From: Entomortierella parvispora E1425
Lineage: Eukaryota; Fungi; Mortierellomycota
Length of the DNA stretch: 64,000 bases
Assembly (NCBI GenBank): GCA_020891255.1
Contig: BQFW01000003.1
Coordinates: 372,001-436,000, forward strand
Reading direction: 5' to 3'
Part shown: positions 23,977 through 34,509 of the stretch, one piece after another
Layout of the letters: every line of letters starts with the position of its first letter
Position numbering within the stretch: position 1 is the first letter of the stretch
The notes under the pieces: generated by a model
What the model was told of the DNA's origin: nothing
The model's database searches: none
What the model saw: only the letters and a program-made list of their open reading frames with translations
Made by a program: the position numbers and the translations under genes

Positions 23977-25983
23977 TTAAGAAAAATCAAAGCGCTCCAC
24001 CAGATCTTGGATGCACTTCCATCCGTCCAAGTTGTACCATTTACGACGGACAATGATCTGGACATGGGCCTCAGACTCGATAAAAACGCCAATCTTTGTC
24101 CAATCCATCTCGTGATGGTAACCGTCTGCGACCAATTGGGCCAAGTCAGCGCGCGAGAGGGTATGGATTTTTTTCGACAGAGCAGACGACGATGACGACG
24201 ATGCGCTGTGGGACGATTGGCCAGATTGGGTAGATTGCGACGACCGCTTGGAAGACTTTGAGGACGACCGACGGACGGGCTTTTCTGACTTTGTAGGGGT
24301 CGTTCCAGGAACAGCCACGTCCTCTGACACTGTGGGTGCGGCATCCACATGGCTGACAATCACGACGGGCGAGGGCGCGTCCTGAACGCTCAAAAACTTG
24401 GCTTTGGCAGGCACCTTTGGGAACAACAAGGCCATGGTGCTCGTCAGGGCGGACGAGTACAGGTTCTTGCGGGGCGCGGTGGCGGGACCCTCGGGTGCGA
24501 AGAAGGTATCTAAATCAAAACTAGGGATGCCCATCATGCTTGAGGTGTTGAAACGGACGGCCATATCGTTCTCAATGTTTGCGTATGAAGTTCTGTCCGC
24601 GAACCGGTGGAGGGCCTTGTTGGAAACAGAGCCCGGTCGAGCCATGGCCAACAACAGCGGCTCGGGTCCCTTGTCCAACTCACAGTCCTGCGTCGTCCTG
24701 CTACGAGTCGTTGGTGTCGTGTTTGCACCGTTGGAGGCATGAGCTGCAGTCGTGGTAGATGATGATGACGACGATGACGATGACGAGGGTGAACGTCCAA
24801 CGAGTTTTGACCGATCCTGCAACGCCAGATCTTTTCCTGTTTGACCGATGCATCCAAGCGACAATGCGTAGCCGAGGACCCAGGGGTGCTCAAACCCGAT
24901 GCCGAGCAAAGGTGATGCCATCGTGATGAAATGGACCGGCTGAATAGTTTTAAAGAACTCGCCCTTGGTCACCTCTTCAATATAGCCCAACGCGTAAATA
25001 TTTATCAATCCTCCGAGGGAATGACCAATGATCGAGACCTTGGTGAAGCCTCGCGGGAACACGCCAGATGATTTCCGGTTTTCCGTTGTTGATCCAGAAG
25101 ATGTTGTTCTTGTGGTCAAGGAGTCCGTTGCAGAGGGCCCGTTCGTTTTTGTGTTGCCTTGTGATTTCGATGAACTTTGACGGCGAAGGTGCTTTCCTTG
25201 TTCCGTGTCACAGAAACCTGTAAATTCGAGAATGTCCTGCGCAACCCGGTGTCCCGCCATTTGAATGCCCTCCTCGGTGCCTGCATGGTTCGTGTCGGTC
25301 AAAAAGGTCACAGTCTTGCTATCGGGGCCTGTGTGAGCATCGATCTGTTCCTTCATATAGAGCAAATCCAGCCACGAGCCGTGGATGCCATGGGTGAGTA
25401 GAACCAAATGGAGATTATCTCCATCCTTTTCCTTTGGACCACAGATCCTCATTGTGTCCTTGTACTGGCAGGTAACAAGTTGTGGTTGCAAAACTTGAGG
25501 CTGAACCTCTCCGTCTGTTCCGCCGCTCGAGTTATTCTCTTGTTCAATTGCCGTGGCTGATACCGTCGTTGGCGCTTCGGCACCCGCACAAGGTACGGCA
25601 AAGACCTCGACTTTAAAGTCGATCCGGTTGTGCTGGAGGATCATCTCGGACAGGACCTCAAGCTCCCATTCGTTGGAACCTTCATCAGTCGAGTCCTTGT
25701 CCACTTTGGCATCCAGTCGGCATACCTGGGCACAGCCGATGGAGGGTACCAGTTCGGGCACGGAGGGCGTCTTGTCAGGATTGCGCACAAGTGACACAGA
25801 GAGTTTCCATGGCCCAGAGCTGACAGCGATATTACGATAGATCGGGGCACTATTGTGGATACGGAACTGCAACGACTCGATCGATCCCACTTGGGAGGGT
25901 AGGATTTTAATTCGATAACGCACGATACCGCCAACGGACAGCGAGGCCTTGTGGTGAATGGCCAGAATCGGTGCAAGTGTCAT
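23977..25983 (-). CDS. DUF676 putative serine esterase/lipase (ROG1/LPL1-like), single exon, 668 aa
   Basis: VGGIVRYRI N-terminal segment, HLVLLTHGIHG, nucleophile elbow GHSLGG, FITMASPLLG, YANIENDMAV and AHVQIIVRR. Confidence 0.85.
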   Translation of the reverse strand: MTLAPILAIHHKASLSVGGIVRYRIKILPSQVGSIESLQFRIHNSAPIYRNIAVSSGPWKLSVSLVRNPDKTPSVPELVPSIGCAQVCRLDAKVDKDSTDEGSNEWELEVLSEMILQHNRIDFKVEVFAVPCAGAEAPTTVSATAIEQENNSSGGTDGEVQPQVLQPQLVTCQYKDTMRICGPKEKDGDNLHLVLLTHGIHGSWLDLLYMKEQIDAHTGPDSKTVTFLTDTNHAGTEEGIQMAGHRVAQDILEFTGFCDTEQGKHLRRQSSSKSQGNTKTNGPSATDSLTTRTTSSGSTTENRKSSGVFPRGFTKVSIIGHSLGGLINIYALGYIEEVTKGEFFKTIQPVHFITMASPLLGIGFEHPWVLGYALSLGCIGQTGKDLALQDRSKLVGRSPSSSSSSSSSSTTTAAHASNGANTTPTTRSRTTQDCELDKGPEPLLLAMARPGSVSNKALHRFADRTSYANIENDMAVRFNTSSMMGIPSFDLDTFFAPEGPATAPRKNLYSSALTSTMALLFPKVPAKAKFLSVQDAPSPVVIVSHVDAAPTVSEDVAVPGTTPTKSEKPVRRSSSKSSKRSSQSTQSGQSSHSASSSSSSALSKKIHTLSRADLAQLVADGYHHEMDWTKIGVFIESEAHVQIIVRRKWYNLDGWKCIQDLVERFDFS

Positions 25984-26192
25984 TCTGGAAAGGACGGGGT
26001 ATACTTTTTTTAATGGGAATGAGAATGAGGATGAGAAAGGAGAGGAGATTGATTACGGGTGAATGAAGGGCAGAAGACCCAGCCGGCAAACAGACAAGGC
26101 ATGCTGCAGCGACTGCGAAGCGGAACCCAAAAATATAAAAATGACGTCCGTGCCTCTGTTGACTGGCACGCGCCTTGCCCTTTTCAGCCTGG

Positions 26193-27561
26193 CTAGATAT
26201 CGCGCGGTACCGACGGCGATGACCCAAGACGACTACCGAGACGGGCCATGCTCTGGTGACCTCCCGTATTAGGACCAAACTCGCCGTGTGCACGAACTTC
26301 TGTGTCTTCCAGGGGCGGAGACATGGTCTTGAATCGCATGATGGACGGATCCATGCGCGTGGGCGAAGAAAGTAAGGAGCTGGATGCACTCGTGGATGAC
26401 GACCATGAGGGGGAAGTGGGGGACGAAGTGGACCGAGGAGATACAGGGGACCGCGGTGAAAGTGCCCTTACCCCAGGTATTGTTGAAGGTACTGCCCGCA
26501 CTCCGGTTTCGACCGTGAGTGCCTTTGGAGGAAGGGCCAACTGTGAGCCAGCAATATCACGGCCTCGATTCCGATGGATCTCCTGGAGCGCTCGTCTTTG
26601 TTCTAGTCCTGGGCTGCGGCCATGTTCCTGAAGAGGCGATTGAGGTTGGTCAGGCTCACTCTCGCTTGAGGCTACATGCGACCCAGCATCGGTGCTCGGG
26701 AGTGAGACTCTGTTGTTGAGATGCTGTTCCATATTGTCATTATGTGGTCCTGCGCCATCAGAAACCTTGGCGACCCCGAGCATCTCTCTCAGGTTCTGAT
26801 TCTCGGATTCAAGCGACTCAATTAACGACTCTGTGCTGTAGTATTCCTCCTGCATGACTCGACGCGCGACAGCCCCGAGATCAACCAGTCGAGCCTGTAG
26901 GGCCGCATTCTCTTCTTGAAGCCTTACTACTGCCTCCTATTTTAGTCGCGGGAAGTAAGAGTCAGACGTCCAGTTCATGATAGACCTCCGTCTCCGCTCC
27001 CTCCACACAAAAGGCAATAGCTATTACCCCTCCCTGTTCAGCCATTTTGCGGGCTTCCTGCATTGATTCTTTCCTTGTCTGTGCCATCGCAAACTAATCG
27101 AGGTAATGATATCGTGTGTCAGTGATGTTGTTGTCATTCACTGACTTTTGAACAAACGACCAGAAAAGTCTGAGTATAAATTACATTCTGAAGCCTAAAC
27201 TTTGACATGATGTACTCCATCCAGCGCTCGTATTCCCGTACTTGCTCGTGCAGTTGGTTGTTCTCCTCCTGAAGCCGCTCATTCTCTATCCTTAGTCGAT
27301 AATCTGTATGCTCAACATCCGCGGACGAAAATGAGTTAGACCAAGGCGTGTTAGGCTTTTAGTTACGGTGGTCTCCATAGGCTCACCTTGTATGTTTCCA
27401 TTCGCACCGAGAACAGGGGCCGGTCCCTGAAGAGTCCTTGTCTGAAGTTCAGCCAACTGTTGCTTCAGCTCAAGGGTCGCACTCCTGTTGAAGACAAGCT
27501 GGGCCGTCAGCTCATTGGTGAGCTTCCATAGCCGCTGCATTTCACTGTCGTCCACGGTCAT
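26193..27561 (-). CDS. Coiled-coil protein, possibly SIKE/FGFR1OP2/Far3-7-like, about 367 aa; exons 27561-27387, 27303-27185, 27093-27028, 26936-26193
   Basis: Four GT-AG-joined exons keep the frame. Heptad-rich segments LWKLTNELTAQL, RLQEENNQL, YERWMEYIMSKFR and LESENQNLREML, then an S/P-rich tail. The family assignment is inference. Confidence 0.65.
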
Positions 27562-27812
27562 GGCAATGAGCTCGGCCAATGTCGGAGGAGAAAGGTGGAG
27601 GGAGAGAGTAGGGAAAGGAAAAGAGGGGGAAAGGAAAGAGGGGTCTAAGAGAGGGCTAGGAATGTGCATATGCACACATGCTTTGAATGAATGAATGGTC
27701 GTCTGTCATGCCCGTAGGCAGGCAGGTCCGCAGGTGTCAGGAGTGATCACGTGGACTGTCTTGACGAGAAAAGGGTGGGTTTTGGTGGCAACGCGCCATT
27801 TTGTCTTGTTCT

Positions 27813-27911
27813 TCAATCAATCAATCAATCAATCCCTTCGTTCAGTTCTTCATTCAGCAATCCCTTCCTTCAGTCCTTCCTTCCTTCCTTCCTTCCTTCC
27901 TTCGTTTCATT

Positions 27912-27944
<33 letters not shown>

Positions 27945-27949
27945 ACACA
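27813..27949 (+). repeat. Microsatellite cluster: (TCAA)5, (TTCC)~7 and (CA)n
   Basis: Direct read, in the divergent promoter region between the coiled-coil gene and the exonuclease-like gene. Confidence 0.9.
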
Positions 27950-28167
27950 TTCTTTTCATTTCAGGATACTTTCTGTCTGTCCGACATTCACCTCCAAGTC
28001 CCGCTATCCTCATCGACGCGTCCCCGCTAGCAAACAGTCCAGGACCTGTTCCTGACCGGCACTTTCAGACAGTTCCTCTCTTTGCAACGGCAGGATCAGC
28101 TATATCTGTGGAACTTTCGCCTGCCCAAACACTTTTCCCTCAAAGGCTGAATACTGCCGTGGCAGCT

Positions 28168-29766
28168 ATGGCGGTCCCTTGGCAACATTCACATCCTGTA
28201 GATGGACAAGAACACATCGGCCCTGCCCTCCAACTTCTATGTGATGCCTTGCAACAGGCCGGGATCCGACGAGTGTACGAGTTACCACCAGTCTTCTTGG
28301 CCTCGACTTATGATGACGCAGAGTTGATGATGGAGATATTTATGGAATTCTACCAGTCTACAAAAGGATCGCTAGGACCTGTGGGCTTTGATACCAAGAC
28401 AACGTCCAATCTTCTCACAAAAGAACAGCGACAGAAAGAGGTCTCGTTGATTCAGTTGGCCACTCGGGATATTTGCGTAATCTTTCAGATCTACAACATC
28501 ATGGGCTTGAAGAAGAAATTGACGCTGCCTTTCCCGCCAAAACTGAAGGCCTTCCTGGAGGATCCGGATCAGCTAATGTGCAGTGTTGGAACTGACAGCA
28601 AATCGAAGAGTCTCCGGAAGGATTACAGCGTTTATTGTGATGGCCTTGTGGAGTTGTCTGAGATGGCGGCCGAACGGAATATTCCTAGAAGATCACTGGA
28701 GGCTCTCGATGTAATGTATGGCCATCCTGGTCGCGAGGTCACCGCGACCAAGAAGATTCTTCGTTGGGATTGGGACAAGGAGTCATTGCAGGAGCAGTGG
28801 GTCTGGTATGCAGCCAAGGAGGCGTTCGCGGGATTAGCTATCTATGAGAACATGTTGTCAGGAATTCTAAAGTCAGAACGTTCGCCCTCTGAGAAACCAC
28901 AAGAGAAGCTACAACCCATGTCTAAAGAGGAGATGATGGTTGACATTCTCCTGTTCTTGGCAAAGACAGATGGCCGTGACATAGGAAAGGTATGTATCGG
29001 CTTGAGCATCATGTTTTGTTCTTTTGTTCACTAATCACCCTTCACACTTCTCACTAACCGTGGTCTCCCCTTCTTCCATCTCTGATTATAGCCATTCTCC
29101 ATGAGAGTGATGACATCTGCAGTTTTTTCACAATATCCTCGGTTGAAGAAACTATATCAAGGACCCCAACGGGAAAAAATGGCAAGACGACACGTTATGA
29201 GCCTGATCCGTGCAGGCAAGATTGTCATCACCAAGCGAGAAAAATATCACGGTAGCGATCCTACGAAAAATGTTAGCCTTCGCGACACGGTCATGATCCC
29301 AAAGGTGATGCATGTTCTGCGAACCCTTGAGGGCATTCGCGTAACTTCACCTTTTTTCAATGGCCGAACCTTGGCTCCGGGGGGATTGGCTAAGAGAGGC
29401 GTGACCACGACCGCCGTGGAATACCAGGGTGACCAAGATCTGAGCGACTTGCGCATGTTTTTGGAGTTTTCGGTTTTATGGGATCGGCCCTTAATCTTCA
29501 AGGACTTGGTCGACTATTATATCCAATCGATGCCGAAGCAGCTAAAGACGGTGAGGACACATGGGAGCCAGTGCGCGCGTATAACCAGGGATCCTTCTGA
29601 AACGAGTGCAGCGATAATGGCCGTTAGTGAGATGTTGACTGAATTTTTGAGTCGACTCTTGGAACGGAAGGTGATCGCGCGACAGGGCAGATTCTATGAA
29701 ATCGAACTTGCTTTCAGGAAGAAATTGATGGCTTTGTTGACCGCTTCCAACCAGAGTGCTGTTTAA
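28168..29766 (+). CDS. WRN/EXD-type 3'-5' exonuclease-fold protein with a degenerate active site and a C-terminal helical/winged-helix-like region; exons 28168-28989 and 29092-29766
   Basis: VGFD, VSLIQLAT, PPKLKAFLED, LVELSEMA, WDW and YAAKEAFAGLAIY align with the WRN exonuclease domain. AAG|gtatgt...tag intron in phase 0. The start ATG is uncertain. Confidence 0.75.
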
Positions 29767-29982
29767 TCGTCAAGCAGCGCAGCGACAGTTGCCCCTGTAT
29801 ATAGCTATGCACAACTTCATCAAAAAAAAAAACGTCGCGTGCAGCACATCTACCGCGTTAATTACGTCACCGTATTTTTTGGCGCATTTTCCCGACAGTT
29901 CGGAGGAAGGCGATCAATGTCCAAAAGACAAGAGACTCCGGCGGAGGCATCTGCATCATCACCATCCACACATCTTTTCACC

Positions 29983-30786
29983 ATGTCCAGCAGCGTCATG
30001 ATCCGCTCCTTTGCCCGCACACCCCTCCGCAACGCTGCCTTGCAGCTCCGTCGAGGTGGACATGCCGAGGGTTACAACCAGCCCACCGGATACCTTTTTG
30101 GCGAGAAGGTACCTTGCCCAGCTCATCAGAAAGAAAATCAACCCAGGAACACGCACATTGGAAACACGCCACGGATCAGCCGTGGACATGGATAAGGGCA
30201 GAGGCAGATTCACCTTCATTTTAGCAAGAGGAAGCATTCTACACGAATGGACAGGAATCAAGAACGCGATGAGCAGGATGAATCGGACCTGTCCCTGAAA
30301 GATTATGGCCATCGGTGCTGCCTTTGTTCTCTTCGTCTCGGGTTGCCGGAAACCTCGACAGGCTTAAGAGAGGCTCACCGGAACCATGAAAGTACTGAAA
30401 CCAGGAGCATGATATCCCTGGACGTTGCAACAGGATTATCACCTATTTGCGGACGTATAGGATCGAGAAGCAGGAATCTAAAGGTGGAAGACTCAGGACA
30501 GGAATACAATGGCTGCTAGGAGAAGGAGAGAGACGCTCAGCAATATGATCAGTGACTCATTCTACTTGTCTATTCTATGTATCATTAGCCCCTCCCTGCC
30601 GGCACCAAGCGCGTCAAGGAGGACTGGGAGAACCTTTTCTTCTACGGATTCTTCGGCGCCATGGCCGTCGGCGGTGTCTTGGTCTACTACAAGCCCGATA
30701 CCAACCTCCACACCTGGGCTTACAGAGAGGCTAAGGCCAGGATGGAGGCTCGCGGCGAGCCTGTCGAGTACAAGCAGAAGGAGTAA
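29983..30786 (+). CDS. NADH:ubiquinone oxidoreductase ESSS subunit (NDUFB11-like); exons 29983-30108 and 30589-30786
   Basis: Mitochondrial presequence, then YNQPTGYLFGEK|PLPAGTKRVKEDWE, one transmembrane helix and YKPDTNLHTWAYREAKARM. Confidence 0.9.
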
Positions 30787-31686
30787 TGCCCCACCGGAAT
30801 ATACAATGATACACCAGGAGCTGTTACGATTGAGAACGATGATAAAGAACGATATACACCCCTCTCCTCTTCCGCTTGGACTACGTTGAAGGTCAAGGAA
30901 TCAACAACTACAATAAACAAATAGACACTATGACACTATTTTGGATCATTTAGTGTAACTCTCGTGGATGAGGGTTGTGGATATCTGCTTAATCTTTATT
31001 GAATGATTCGATCCGATGATAGACAACTAAAGCAGGGGCATTGATTTGATATTCTTGATAACAAGTTATTAGCGGGTGGAGAGAGTAAGGATTTCGAATG
31101 GTTGCCATAGCGGACGCCAGTTTGGAGAGCTACTGAGATCTCGAGTCAGGGTTATATAGTCAAAAAGAATGGTTCCAATGTCAATCATCCTGAATTTACA
31201 GGTCACTGAATGTCAAGAGAGAGAGAGAAGGAAAGATGAGTTAGATCGGGAGTTTGGGATCTCTTTCTTACAAGCTACAAATTCTGTCAAGTACGTCTCC
31301 AAGGGGTTAGACTCTCCTATTCATACGTATTCCTGGGCCGGTGGAGGTGCAATTGGATGTAAGAAAAGAGACGGTAGGGTTCAGATACAATTGTAGAGCT
31401 AATGTATCCAAGGCCGCGGGTTCGCATTGGCAGGTTGTTGCTTACAGCAAAGTAATTGATGAGTAGACAGTCGATAACGAATACCTGTGGTTTTCAAGTT
31501 TTAGAAATATCCCTGCCGGGTCATTGTTGTCATTTGTGTGAGGAACGATTAGTCCCCAAGAACCCCTCTCATAATGATGAGACTGGCATCTCAGCTTCTT
31601 TGAAGTCCAAGTACCCGTTGCCCTTTTTTTTTTTTTATTTGTTTTATTTGGTCTATCAAGGTCGATCGATCTTTGTCGCCTTTTTT

Positions 31687-32842
31687 TTATTTCAGGGTTT
31701 TCTGGTGCCTCTGTTGGACACGCGTGATCCTAGCAATCCGACCATCGCGACTAATAATCCTCGCGGCTCCTTCCTCGTTCTGGCTACTATTGTCATCTAA
31801 CTGGCCCTGACTGTCCGTCTCGGCCCACAAATGCGGGAGCCAGCTAAGGAATCCGCCCTTTTCCTCGACTGGTTTCGTGGTCGCGACAGGCTTGGTGGCA
31901 GTAGACGAGCCCGATGAGGTGACCTCTGGCTTTGCCTCTGGCGTTGCTGTGTTCTTGTCGGTAGGAGTAGATGGAGCAGTTTTCCCTCCAAACAATCCTC
32001 CCAAGAAAGAAGAGATACTGCCTAATATCCCACCGCCACTACCACTAGTGGTTGCTCCAGACTCGGAGGAGGGTGGTGTGGACTGAGAGGGACTGTCGAC
32101 CCAGGTGTCTAGGAAATGGCAGACTGATTGGACGCCGTGGACAATGTTGAGAAAGATGGGCACCCCAGGAATGAATGTCAGGCCGTCCAGGAAACCTTCG
32201 GCTGTAAAGTCCGATGTTGGCTTCGACTTGGATGATACCACTCCTCCAATGCTAATAGTGACGAGGGTATGAAGAATCATGGCAGGCAAATGAAAAGCAG
32301 GTTAGCAAGTCGGTCAGCTGAAGAAGATATAGCCGTCCAAGATGTCAAGGATGTCAATCGAGAGACTTTTTTTTTTTTTTTTTTTACACTGCAAAGTTGA
32401 CACGGTCCGTCAGATCGTATCCAGCACAAACGCAGGTCGCTTGAGCCAACGACACTGACATGGCAGACTTGTCCATGCATCCACCTTTTCGGCGAGATCC
32501 CGACTTTTCGGAACCATCAATGTCCCCTCCGTCTCCTCGCTCTTCACATGCCAATGAGCAGACGGCATCAAATGCCTTGCAATAGCCATCCATGGTCTCA
32601 AAGAGGGGCTCGACGGTCTGGGCCGGGACTTGTGATAGAATTGCTCTGATTCCTTCGCGTGCCATGGAGAGCTGATCCGACGTCAAATCCAAAGGTGATA
32701 ACTGGAACGACTGTTGTGGCGGCGGCTGGTCGGCATCTTGCTGAGATGCCCGGCCTTGTTGATTTTCTTGCTCTTCTACAGCCTTGACCGCGGAGGTCAA
32801 GCAGAGAATGAGCACTAAGATCGAGGTGGAGTTTGAACGCAT
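31687..32842 (-). CDS. Secreted Cys-containing protein of unknown function; exons 32842-32388 and 32251-31687
   Basis: Signal peptide MRSNSTSILVLILCLTSAVKA. About 7 Cys in the mature chain. A phase-2 GT-AG intron with a gctaac branch point joins two ORFs. T/S-rich tail. Confidence 0.6.
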
Positions 32843-33217
32843 GGGTGTTTGTTGTAGAAACGGAGAGTGATGGAGGGAAGCAAACAAACAAGGTGGGTCC
32901 CTTCCAGGGCCTGCTGTTCAACCTTATGATTCCTTATTCCTTGTTCCCTCCTGCTCACTGAATCCACGTCTTTTCTGTCATCCTCCGAAATCAAGGGGGG
33001 ACGGGAAGGATTGTGGGTGTTGTCGCGAACGCGATTTCTTGCTATCTGGGATCATGAGAGTCGCGTGTTTTCTGTTGAAAAATCACTCTATCCTTTTTAT
33101 TACTTGCTTTTGCTGGAGAGAACAGCAGCAACACAGGGCAACATGAAAATCAGAAAGAAATAAACTGCAACGAAATAAAAAAAAATTATAACAATGACAA
33201 GCACGGTTTGTCCCAAT

Positions 33218-34509
33218 CTACACAATAGTCTCGTCCTGGTCCTGATCGGATTGGACCTTGGAGTCACGGTTATCGCGCTGGAGAACCTTCTCAAACATGG
33301 GTTCCGGAGCAGGGTAGATGTTGTAGACCAAGATGCCTCCAATGATCAATACGTAGGCGATTGGGTACAGCTTGTTGATCTTGGCATTGAACAAGAAGAG
33401 GCCAAAGAGCAACCCGTAAAAATCACTCGTCAACAAACTCAAGTTGAAGAAGGTCGCAGAGCTCAGGCGGAACAGGACTGGGGAGAGCGAGTACATGATG
33501 AACAATGCAATGTCAAAGCCAACCATGTACCCGATGACCTCGGGTGTCCAGTCCACGTTCCTGATCTCGTGTCTTTCCAAAATGGCCAGCTGAATTCCGT
33601 TCAGGATCGTAGCCCAGAAGCCCAATTGACCGACGACCTCGTACATGGGCGTTTGACGGACAAGGAATTCCTGGTAGACGTTCGAGACGGCATAGAGGGT
33701 GGCGCCAAGAAGACAAAAGAGGTCGCCCTTGACATAGTCGGAACCTGGAAAGTCCTTTCCAGCGACCATATCGGACCAGATCAAAAAGCCCATTCCAACC
33801 ATAGCGAGGAAAACGCCGAGGTAATGGTAGCGGATGAAGCGCATCTTGAGAAAGAAGACAGAGAGCAACACCACGCAGGGAATCGTCCATGCATCGAGCA
33901 GCATGGCCGAGAGCAACGAGGTGTAGTTGTAGGCTTTGACGACAAAGTAGTTTCCTTCAACATCAATAACGGCAAACAACATGTCTATTACGGATAAAAG
34001 TCATGTATGGGGTCAGTCTCTGTTGCTCCTGCCCATCCTAATGATGTGCGAAAAGGTCATTCCTCTTGCAACGAATTCTTACAGTAGAAAGCCCTCCTGC
34101 GCATGATGTTGATCCATCCTCTGAATCCCTCCTTGTAGATCGTGATAGCCGTATATACAAGGCCCAGTACAAAGTAGTTCAAGAACGACTGTGTGGTTGG
34201 GATCGAGACAGGGTTGTCGCCCTGGGCCAGCTTTGTCGTGAAGATGGTTGTGGCCGTGATGCAGAGCGATAGCAGTTGACCAAGGAGCAAGATGGTCAGA
34301 AACCTTCTTGAGCAGAGGTTGCTCAGACGCTCCTTCCAAGTAGGACGGCGACTGCTGCTGTTCTCACTGTTGATGCCACCGCCATTGCCGACAAGAGGCT
34401 TGGATGAGGAGGCGAGAGAGGAGGGGTCCGAGATCTTGGTTCCCACCTGTTCCTGGTACGACGGCAAAGTACGGTCTGTCTCCATTGAGGTGTTTCCAAA
34501 GGTAGCCAT
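33218..34509 (-). CDS. SLC35F1/F2-like (DUF914) drug/metabolite-type transporter; exons 34509-34083 and 33984-33218
   Basis: LLLGQLLSLCIT, PTTQSFLNY, DVEGNYFVVKAYNYTSLLSAMLLDAWTIP, GDLFCLLGATLYAVSNV and SATFFNLSLLTSDFY. Confidence 0.9.
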
